From an uncultured Deinococcales bacterium (GTDB lineage: Bacteria > Deinococcota > Deinococci > Deinococcales > JAAFIG01), in assembly GCA_964247135.1 (NCBI GenBank), contig CAXTTL010000182.1:1-10012 (forward strand): a DNA stretch of 10,012 nucleotides, given 5' to 3'. Made by a program: the position numbers and the translations under genes. This document shows, one piece after another, positions 1 to 8,444 of this stretch. Below the pieces are notes generated by a model. That model was not told the DNA's origin. It saw only the letters and a program-made list of their open reading frames with translations, and ran no database searches. Each line of letters opens with the position of its first letter. Within the stretch, counting starts at the first letter, position 1.

Positions 1-266
1 GGAAAAAATTCTACGGTTAAAGCACGCATGGTCAAATCTTGCACCGCGTCAAAACGAAAAGGTTGCAAGTTAAACGCCCTAATTTGATGCAACGAACTTG
101 ATGTTTCGTGATCTTCGACGTAAGTGGCAAATGCCAAGCTGGTCACGTGTTCTGGCACAATCAGATGGTGTGTGTTGTCTTTGGAATGCACTTCTTCCCA
201 AAAATAGTAATGGCGAACAAAATCGCGCAGAACAGGTGATGGTTGAAAAAAGTGAGGCATATCCAT
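1..266 (-). CDS. AraC-family transcriptional regulator, N-terminal (DUF6597-like) part; runs off the window start
   Basis: Not in the ORF track. Manual translation from ATG at 266 is open to the edge: MDMPHFFQPSPVLRDFVRHYYFWEEVHSKDNTHHLIVPEHVTSLAF...ALTVEFF. The P-x-P-x-L-x-x-F-V-x-x-Y-x-x-x-E...I-V-P pattern resembles DUF6597-AraC N-termini. GAGGGG lies at 278-273, and the gene is divergent from an efflux gene. The HTH domain lies outside the window. Confidence 0.7.
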   Translation of the reverse strand, partial: MDMPHFFQPSPVLRDFVRHYYFWEEVHSKDNTHHLIVPEHVTSLAFATYVEDHETSSSLHQIRAFNLQPFRFDAVQDLTMRALTVEFF

Positions 267-385
267 AAGCAACCCCTCGAGTATAGATGGGTTTGCATTT
301 GGAGCGTGTCGCAATTTTCCAATACGAATTTTTTGATTTCTTTTAACCTGATGCCATTCGGGGATAACCCCTGTCAGGAGAACTC

Positions 386-460
386 ATGAAAACACTTTTT
401 AACTCGAGCATCGTCATTACGCGGGCTAGCACCCAATTCAAAAGCAAAGGTAACTCATAA
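386..460 (+). CDS. Putative 24-aa leader peptide (MKTLFNSSIVITRASTQFKSKGNS) upstream of the MFS gene
   Basis: AGGAG at 376-380, ATG at 386 and TAA at 458-460; the stop lies 2 nt before the MFS ATG at 463. Confidence 0.4.
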   Translation: MKTLFNSSIVITRASTQFKSKGNS

Positions 461-462
461 CC

Positions 463-1706
463 ATGAACGACACAAATTCTGTAACGAAAAAATTCCCTAT
501 CGGCACGCTCCTTTTTCTGCTCGTCAGCATGTTTCTGGCTACGATGGGTTTCGGCATCACCACTCCAGTGCTGCCTTTCCTGATCCAAAATACATTTCCA
601 ACCTCAATCAAGCCGCGCCAACCATCAGTTGGTTGATTTCGGCTTACGCCATTTGCTCATTTTTTGCCGCTCCAATTTTGGGGGCGCTCAGTGACCGGTT
701 CGGACGCAAACCCATTCTGGTCATCTGTTTGCTTGGTTCGGCGATTGGCTACGTTGCCTTCGGTATTGGTGGCGCGTTGTGGGTCTTGTTCCTTGGTCGT
801 ATTTTGGATGGTTTGACCGCCGGTGATTTCGGCACGATCAGCTCGATGATTGCCGACAATTCGCCCAAGGAGGACATTGGCAAACACTACGGGCAAATGG
901 GTGGCGCGGCGGGCGCGGGTTTCCTGATCGGACCTGTGTTTGGTGGTTTTCTGGCAAAAATCAGTCTCGAGACCCCATTCTTTGTGGCTGGCGCACTGAC
1001 TTTGATTGTCATGCTGTGGGGTTTGTTCCTCGTGCCTGAAAGCCTGAAACCAGAAAACCGAGGCGCGAAACTCGAGTTGAGTACCCTGAACCCACTACTC
1101 AAGATTGCTGAGATTTTTGCCATGCCCAAAATTCGGTTGCTGGTGATCGCCAGTGCGGTTTTTATGATTCCTTTTGTGATGTTGCAAACCAACTTTGGGT
1201 TGCTGGTCAAAGACAGTTTGGGTTGGGGTCCGGATCAAATATCCCTGATTTTTTCGATAGTCGGTGTTTGCGACATTATCGTGCAAGGTTTCTTGCTGGG
1301 TTTTTTGATCAAAACCTTGGGTGAACAGAAATTATTGCTGCTGAGTTTGTTGATGGTTGTGGCTGGACTGGTTGGTCTTGCCTTGCTGCCCGTGCTCAAA
1401 CTCGTTTGGATTGTGGTCGCGGCAACCGCCGTGTTCGCCATTGGTGAGGGCATGTTTACTTCAACGGTGGGTGGTTTGGTGGCAAAGCACACCGAGGACA
1501 ACGTTCAAGGGCAAGTGCAAGGTGGTACGCAATCGCTCAACTCGTTGATGCAAGCCATCAGTCCAAGCATTGGCGAACAGTTGTACAGCAAAGTTTCGGC
1601 TGGCGCACCATTTTGGGCTGGGGCAGCCATTATCCTGGCAGGGGCAGGGTTGTTGCTGGCAGGAGAAAAGGTGGCTGGGACAGCACCACCGTTACAAGAA
1701 GCCTGA
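463..1706 (+). pseudogene. MFS drug:H+ antiporter (DHA1/TetA-like) interrupted by an apparent 1-nt frameshift near 587-590; the C-terminal ORF 633..1706 is intact
   Basis: ATG 463 gives MNDTNSVTKKFPIGTLLFLLVSMFLATMGFGITTPVLPFLIQ (typical TM1) and stops at TGA 634-636. The -1 frame continues KYISNLNQAAPTISWLISAYAICSFFAAPILGALSDRFGRKP (motif A), GRILDG (motif B) and GAGFLIGPVFGG (motif C). One added base would give ~414 aa. A sequencing error is possible. Confidence 0.85.
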
Positions 1707-1779
1707 ACGCTGCTTTCAAACTTCACTCGAGATTTACCGTGACCCCGAAGGCACGCGTTACGCCACGAGTTTTACAGTG

Positions 1780-1812
1780 AAAAACGCGAGACCAACGGCG
1801 TGTCTCGCGTTT
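1780..1812 (-). terminator. Intrinsic terminator between convergent genes, possibly bidirectional
   Basis: Perfect 11-bp stem AAACGCGAGAC (1782-1792) / GTCTCGCGTTT (1802-1812) with a 9-nt loop. It ends in T5 on the minus strand and T3 on the plus strand. Confidence 0.75.
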
Positions 1813-1840
1813 CCTGATGATTTGATTGAATGGTCTTAAT

Positions 1841-3055
1841 TTAATACCCAAATGTTAACAACGTGCCGTGTTCGCCACCAACCCAGAGGTGCGCGGCGTC
1901 AAAGGCATAACCAGAATGCAGTCGTGAATCGGAGGCGAGTGCGCGGATGCTCGAGGTGGCGTCTTTCCAAGTTGCTCCACCGTCGGTGCTGGCAAACATC
2001 AACGCCGAGGAACTGCCCGTCTTGCCTACCGCCCAGCCGTTCATGCCGTCTGGGGCAAAGAACATGTGATAGAAGATGGTGTCTTCACGGAGCGTTGGGA
2101 GTTTGGCTTTGACCCAACTCGAGTCAGCGCCTTTTTGGGCGTCGTTGGTCAAGAAAATAAAGCCCGATTCTGGCTCTGGGTTGAGTCCACCGAAGGCGTA
2201 ACAACGGTTAGCATTGGTGCAAGTCACCCCGAGTGGACCCGCGCCGTCTTCGATGCCTTTAAAGACAACACGGTAATAACGCTTGCCGCCGTCGGTGGAA
2301 ATACACACCCCAGCGGTTTCCGTGCCGCGTTGGTTGCGAGCGCCCGAAGGGTAGAGAATCACCGACAGGTCTGGGGCAACATAGGCGGGTTGGGTTAGGT
2401 GTGGGCTGATGCTGACGCCAGGGTCAGAATCGCAAATTCGCGGGTCGGCTTTGAGCAGGTTTTCAAAATTACTGGGCACGGACCCAGGTGGTACGGGCGA
2501 CCACAACGGCGTCCAGAGCGCCCCTGGACTTGGTGCGTCGGTGGTGTCATAGGTTTCTCGGCTGTTGAACAATACCCAACGACCATCTTTCTCGCCCATG
2601 CCCATTTGCTGATTGAGACCAAAGGTTTCGCCACCGTCCAGAGTGCCGATTTTGACGGCAGTCCACGAGGCGGCTTTGGTGATATCACTCGTCGCGCTGA
2701 CAAATGATTGACCTGCACCATCGACCAATGCGATCAACTGGTCGCCGACCTTGGCAAGTCCAGTAAAACCAATCTCACCAATCGTGCCCAGTTTTGCGGC
2801 GAGGGTGGTGTCACCCGTCAGCAAGGTGGCGGTGATCTTCTGACCGTCGCTGGCGTACAAATGCCCCGCTCCACCGAAGACGCTGCTGGCAACCACGCAG
2901 GCTTTGGCAGAGGCGCAGTACATGCCAGTCACACGTTCGTCGTCTTGAGGCAATTTGATACTTTTCCAAGTACTACCTTGGGCTTGTGCCAGTGCCAAGG
3001 CGAGCAATGTGGCGCTGACAAGACTGTTTAAGGCGATCAAAACGGTTTTGTTCAT
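1841..3055 (-). CDS. Secreted beta-propeller protein with BNR/Asp-box repeats (Ycf48/sialidase-like fold), function unknown
   Basis: 404 aa with a signal peptide (MNKTVLIALNSLVSATLLALALAQA), Asp boxes STDGGKRY and STDGGATW, blade-like ends GWAVG and LWVGGEHGTLL, and a GGAGG SD at 3066-3062. Confidence 0.8.
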   Translation of the reverse strand: MNKTVLIALNSLVSATLLALALAQAQGSTWKSIKLPQDDERVTGMYCASAKACVVASSVFGGAGHLYASDGQKITATLLTGDTTLAAKLGTIGEIGFTGLAKVGDQLIALVDGAGQSFVSATSDITKAASWTAVKIGTLDGGETFGLNQQMGMGEKDGRWVLFNSRETYDTTDAPSPGALWTPLWSPVPPGSVPSNFENLLKADPRICDSDPGVSISPHLTQPAYVAPDLSVILYPSGARNQRGTETAGVCISTDGGKRYYRVVFKGIEDGAGPLGVTCTNANRCYAFGGLNPEPESGFIFLTNDAQKGADSSWVKAKLPTLREDTIFYHMFFAPDGMNGWAVGKTGSSSALMFASTDGGATWKDATSSIRALASDSRLHSGYAFDAAHLWVGGEHGTLLTFGY

Positions 3056-3167
3056 ACATTTCCTCCAGGTGTTTTGTTCGTGTGCTCTGAAATGTTAGCC
3101 CGCCTTCGGTCACATTATGGTCACAAAATCTTGCGGCAAAGCTCGAGCTTTAAAAAATTCTTCCAGC

Positions 3168-3197
3168 TTGACAGAATCAAAGCCCGCCCCGTACACT
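3168..3197 (+). promoter_or_regulatory. Sigma70-type promoter of the met operon
   Basis: TTGACA (3168-3173), 18-nt spacer, TACACT (3192-3197); about 30 nt upstream of riboswitch P1. Confidence 0.75.
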
Positions 3198-3228
3198 CGA
3201 ACCAAGTCAAAAAGACTGACAACTTAGG

Positions 3229-3434
3229 TTCTCTTATCAAGAGCGGCAGAGGGACTGACCCAATGAAGCCGCAGCAACCGGGTTCAAGGATTTCATGCCA
3301 AAGACGCCACACAGCCAGATGCGAATGTTCAACCGCCAAACGGTTGACTGAAAATCTTGTTGATGCTTAAGCAAATTTCTTGACCGTTCGGTGCTAATTC
3401 CAGCCAAGGCGCACGCCTTGGGCAGATGAGGGAA
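3229..3434 (+). ncRNA. SAM-I (S-box) riboswitch aptamer with extended P3
   Basis: P1 TTCTCTTATC (3229-3238) / GATGAGGGAA (3425-3434); AAGAG junction; kink-turn P2 GCGGCAGAGGGACTGACCCAATGAAGCCGC; P3 AGCAACC (3273-3279) / GGTGCT (3390-3395); AATTCCAG junction; P4 CCAAGGCG/CGCCTTGG (3404-3421). It lies directly upstream of metY-metX. Confidence 0.93.
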
Positions 3435-3455
3435 GGACGCGACAAGAATTCTTTT

Positions 3456-3489
3456 TGCCCCTTCTCGAGCGAGGAGGGGCATGTTTTGT
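3456..3489 (+). terminator. Riboswitch expression platform: intrinsic terminator
   Basis: TGCCCCTTCTCG (3456-3467) / CGAGGAGGGGCA (3470-3481) followed by TGTTTTGT. Its pyrimidine-rich 5' arm can alternatively pair with the purine-rich P1 3' strand (GAGGGAAGG), as expected for an antiterminator. Confidence 0.85.
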
Positions 3490-3500
3490 ATTCAAATTGA

Positions 3501-4919
<1,419 letters not shown>

Positions 4920-4928
4920 ATCATCAAT

Positions 4929-4957
4929 GTAGAGGATGGTCTGATACCATCCTCTAC
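4929..4957. repeat. Perfect 12-bp intercistronic inverted repeat (REP-like, GTAG...CTAC ends)
   Basis: GTAGAGGATGGT (4929-4940), loop CTGAT, ACCATCCTCTAC (4946-4957). No U-tract; it abuts the GGGAG SD of the next gene. Confidence 0.7.
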
Positions 4958-4969
4958 GGGAGAAAGCGT

Positions 4970-5230
4970 ATGCTTCAAACGCTCGAAAAGCCTAAAATTC
5001 TTGAATCTCGAGTGTGTCCGGTCTGTGGTGGCACGGCGCTTCAGGTGCTGCCGCGCAATCGAAACCGCCGAACCGAGACGCTCAAGTGTGCGCACGTTTC
5101 AGAAACCTGGCATCGGCAAGCCGAGCGTTTGCAACTCGAGATGGCGGCGACGGTCAGCCCAAGTTTGAGGCGCCTTTTAAACGCCGACTTTGAGCAAATC
5201 CTAACCACGCGCAAGAACGAGAATCCATGA
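4970..5230 (+). CDS. Small hypothetical protein with CPVC and CAH motifs (possible metal-binding)
   Basis: 86 aa; GGGAG SD at 4958-4962; fills the metY-metX gap; its TGA overlaps the metX ATG (ATGA at 5227-5230). Confidence 0.8.
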   Translation: MLQTLEKPKILESRVCPVCGGTALQVLPRNRNRRTETLKCAHVSETWHRQAERLQLEMAATVSPSLRRLLNADFEQILTTRKNENP

Positions 5231-6345
5231 CTGCGACCTTAAAACCCGAACGTGATTTGCATGTCCAAACCCTGGGCGATTACGAGGCTCGGGTTTTGTT
5301 CCCCGAACCGCGTCCGGTCGCCAGGGAAATGCGCTATGCCACGGTGTTTAACGCCAAAAAACCGTTGGCGCTCGAGTTGGGTGGTTTTTTGGCGCCCGTT
5401 CGGGTGGCGTACACAACTTACGGCACACTCAACGAAGCCAAAGACAATGCGGTGGTGGTCTGTCACGCCCTGACAGGTTCGGCGGTGGTCGGCGGTGCGA
5501 GCGGTTGGTGGCCCGAACTGATCGGTGAGGGTCGGATGCTCGACACCAGCCAGGATTTTGTGATCTGTGCCAATGTGCTGGGCGGTTGTTACGGCACGAC
5601 CGGTCCGACCAGCCCAAATCCAAACTCGAGCAGCGATTACCTGTCTGACTTTCCTGAAATCACCGTGGGTGACATGGTGCGCGTTCAGGCGGCATTGCTC
5701 GAGGTGCTTGGGGTCAAACACGTTCGGGTGGTCGTGGGCGGCAGCATGGGCGGAATGCAGGTACTCGAGTGGTTGCACGCCTACCCGGACTTGGTCGGGG
5801 CTGGCGTGGTGATCGGCGCTCCGGCAAGGCACAGCGCTTGGGCGCTCGCGCTGTATCACCTGTCGCGTCAAGCGATTCAAAACGACCCAGATTTTCGGGC
5901 TGGGCGTTACGCGGCACAGCCCAAAGGTTTGGCGCTGGCTCGGGAAATTGCGACCATTTCATACCGCAGTCCAGAATCGTTCGAGATCACCCAAGCGCGG
6001 CGCCCCAGCAAACTCGACCCGAACAAATTCGCCATGCAAACCTACCTCGAGCATCAGGGCGAAAAATTGCTCGAGCGTTTTGATGCCAATTCGTACTTAA
6101 CGATCTCGAGGGCGCTGGACCGCTTTGATCTGACTGACATCGAATTGGCAACGATTGCCCAACCAGTCTTGTGTGTGGGCATCTCGAGCGATTGCTTGTA
6201 CTTGCCGCACGAGGTCAAGCACGTTGCCCAGACGGTGCAACACGGTCAGTACGCGCATCTCGAGTCGGTGCATGGTCACGATGCGTTTTTGATCGAGATG
6301 GACAAGCTCGAGCCGAGCGTGCAGGATTTTTTGAGGCGGGTTTAA
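5227..6345 (+). CDS. metX: Homoserine O-acetyltransferase (MetX family, alpha/beta hydrolase)
   Basis: 372 aa with NAVVVCHALTG, GWW, NVLGGCYGTTGP, nucleophile GGSMGG, catalytic Asp in GISSD and His in HGHDAFL. Acetyl versus succinyl specificity is inferred from the pairing with metY. Confidence 0.95.
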   Translation: MTATLKPERDLHVQTLGDYEARVLFPEPRPVAREMRYATVFNAKKPLALELGGFLAPVRVAYTTYGTLNEAKDNAVVVCHALTGSAVVGGASGWWPELIGEGRMLDTSQDFVICANVLGGCYGTTGPTSPNPNSSSDYLSDFPEITVGDMVRVQAALLEVLGVKHVRVVVGGSMGGMQVLEWLHAYPDLVGAGVVIGAPARHSAWALALYHLSRQAIQNDPDFRAGRYAAQPKGLALAREIATISYRSPESFEITQARRPSKLDPNKFAMQTYLEHQGEKLLERFDANSYLTISRALDRFDLTDIELATIAQPVLCVGISSDCLYLPHEVKHVAQTVQHGQYAHLESVHGHDAFLIEMDKLEPSVQDFLRRV

Positions 6346-6440
6346 ATAATTGAACTCAGCCATAATAATAAACCCGAGCTTACTTTCCTGCACGTGATTT
6401 TTGGACAGGGAGCGTATTTTTTATCGGTTAGAGTCCTGTT

Positions 6441-7724
6441 GTGAAGTTTACGAACATCATTATTGGGTTAACCACTGTTGCCACGCTCGGAATGCTCTCG
6501 AGCAGTTTGTCGCAATCGGTCTGGAGCAAAGCAGAAACAGAGTTGCTCGCTTCGATGTCGCTGGGCAAGTTGGGTTCTATGCCCAAAGACCCTTCCAATG
6601 TTGTTGCCGATAATGGGCAAGCCGCCGAGTTGGGTCAAAAATTGTTCTTTGATAAGCGTCTCAGTTCCGATGGCAGCGTGGCTTGCGTGACCTGTCACAG
6701 CACGGAAAAGTATTTTGCCGACGATCAGGCACGTTCTGAGGGTGTCGGCATGACCGACCGCAAAGCCCCCAGTATCGTCGGGGCTGGCTTTTACAAATGG
6801 TACTTCTGGGACGGTCGCGCCGACAGCCAGTGGTCGCAAGCCCTTGGACCGCTCGAGAATGGCAATGAGCATGGTGGTGACCGCACCCAATACGCGCGGG
6901 TGATCTTTAACAATTACAAAACCGAATTCGAGGCGTTGTTTGGTCCGATGCCCGAACTGGGCGATATCTCGCGCTTCCCAGCCCATGCGGGTCCGGTGGC
7001 AGACCCCAAAGCCAACAATGCTTGGCAATTCATGGATTCCAATGATCGCCAAGCCGTGACACGGGTTTTTGTCAACATCGGCAAAGCCATCGCGGCATAC
7101 GAGCGCAAACTCAACCCTGGTCGCTCGAGGTTTGATACTTTCGTTGACACGCTCATCCATCCGGAAAATGACCCTGAAGCCTCGAGTACCCTGAACGACT
7201 TTGAGCTGGCTGGACTGAGGCTGTTTATTGGCAAAGCGGGTTGCGTGTCGTGCCACAATGGTCCACTGCTGACCGATCAGCAATTTCACAATACGGGCGT
7301 CCCAACCGCCGAGGATTTAAAACTCGATCTTGGACGCACCAGCGGCTTGCAAAAGTTGGCAACCAGCGAATTTGGTTGCTTAAGCCAATACAGCGATGCC
7401 AAACCAGAACAGTGCACTGCCAATACCAGCACCGACAGCTACGACACCTCGAGCGAAGTCAAGAACCTGAACGGGGCGTTCAAAACCCCTTCCTTGCGTG
7501 GTGCGAGTTTGCACGCGCCGTTCATGCACGCCGGAGAATTTAAAACTTTGCAAGCAGTGCTCGAGCATTACAGCCATGCCCCTGCCGCGCCAACGGGTCA
7601 ATCGGAGGTCAAGCCTTTAAACCTCTCGAGTCTCGAGATGCAACAAATCCAAGCATTTTTGAAGTCTTTGGAAGCCCCAATCGATGCGGATGCCCAGTGG
7701 TTGGCAGACCCATTCTCGAATTAG
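6441..7724 (+). CDS. Exported di-heme cytochrome c peroxidase / MauG-family protein
   Basis: 427 aa with a signal-like N-terminus, LGQKLFFDKRLS, CVTCH (6684-6698), YFWDGRA, CVSCH (7242-7256), FHNTG, FKTPSLR and PFMHAG. Confidence 0.92.
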   Translation: MKFTNIIIGLTTVATLGMLSSSLSQSVWSKAETELLASMSLGKLGSMPKDPSNVVADNGQAAELGQKLFFDKRLSSDGSVACVTCHSTEKYFADDQARSEGVGMTDRKAPSIVGAGFYKWYFWDGRADSQWSQALGPLENGNEHGGDRTQYARVIFNNYKTEFEALFGPMPELGDISRFPAHAGPVADPKANNAWQFMDSNDRQAVTRVFVNIGKAIAAYERKLNPGRSRFDTFVDTLIHPENDPEASSTLNDFELAGLRLFIGKAGCVSCHNGPLLTDQQFHNTGVPTAEDLKLDLGRTSGLQKLATSEFGCLSQYSDAKPEQCTANTSTDSYDTSSEVKNLNGAFKTPSLRGASLHAPFMHAGEFKTLQAVLEHYSHAPAAPTGQSEVKPLNLSSLEMQQIQAFLKSLEAPIDADAQWLADPFSN

Positions 7725-7747
7725 TCAAAAAAACGTATCATGTAAGC

Positions 7748-8212
7748 ATGACCAAGACTCAAGTTCGTTTCTCGAGTGTGCTTCAGCGCAACTTGGGTGT
7801 GTTTCAAACCAATGCCGAATCTTTAAAACAAAAAGATTTTCTGATTCAGACCCCCAGCGACGGTCTGCATTTTAACTGGATTTTGGGACATGTCGTGCAT
7901 TCCAGACAGATTTTGCTCGAGGCGCTCGGCGCAGAACCGAGCGTCAAAAACACCGAGATTTTAAAGGCTTACGCCAGGGGCAGCAAAACCCAAGCCAGTG
8001 AAATCATGTCAAGCCAGGATTTGTTGCAGGCGCTCGAAATCAGTCAAGCGGCGCTCGACAAAGCGCTTGAGGATGCCGATTTCGCCTCGCCAAGCCCAAT
8101 GGGCAGGGGAACGCTCGAGGACTATTTTGAATTCATGACCTGGCACGAAACCTACCACGCGGGTCAGTCGGGTGTGTTGCGGCGCTTGGCGGGTTTTGCC
8201 GGACAGATTTAA
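7748..8212 (+). CDS. DinB/YfiT-superfamily protein
   Basis: 154 aa from ATG 7748 (avoids overlap with the upstream gene). NWILGH and WHETYHAGQ supply the three-His metal site of DinB four-helix bundles. Confidence 0.88.
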   Translation: MTKTQVRFSSVLQRNLGVFQTNAESLKQKDFLIQTPSDGLHFNWILGHVVHSRQILLEALGAEPSVKNTEILKAYARGSKTQASEIMSSQDLLQALEISQAALDKALEDADFASPSPMGRGTLEDYFEFMTWHETYHAGQSGVLRRLAGFAGQI

Positions 8213-8245
8213 AAACAAATTAAAATTCAAAATTGAATCGCTCGA

Positions 8246-8284
8246 GAATCTTTGAGATCAGCCCGCGCTGGTTTTCAAGGATTC
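8246..8284. other. Long imperfect intergenic hairpin downstream of the DinB gene (terminator or stability element)
   Basis: GAATCTTTGAGATCAGC-CCGC-GCTGGTTTTCAAGGATTC: about 17 pairs including G-U and one bulge; no clear U-tract. Confidence 0.5.
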
Positions 8285-8444
8285 AGCATCCCCTCAGATT
8301 GAACCTCAGCCAGCATCAGCCGTCTGAAGCAGACTTTGATTTGTCGCACCGGCATCAAACTCGAGCTTTCATGGCGCTACCGGCAATGCTGTGATGCGGG
8401 CAATGTCAGTTGTTTGCGACAAACCAGCAAGGTGAGGAGACATC

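Noticed and set aside
343-588. 81-aa minus-strand ORF
   Set aside because: Antisense to the leader ORF and MFS TM1; no recognisable features.
633-635. TTG start for the MFS gene
   Set aside because: No SD, and it omits TM1, which is encoded from ATG 463 in another frame.
3295-3440. Possible second known aptamer (cobalamin or tandem SAM) inside or after the insert
   Set aside because: Only short fragments (GCCAC, GGGAAGG, CAGATG) match; no B12 box or second SAM core could be built by eye.
7697-7747. Upstream GTG start for the DinB gene
   Set aside because: It overlaps the peroxidase gene; ATG 7748 has a correctly spaced -10 element.
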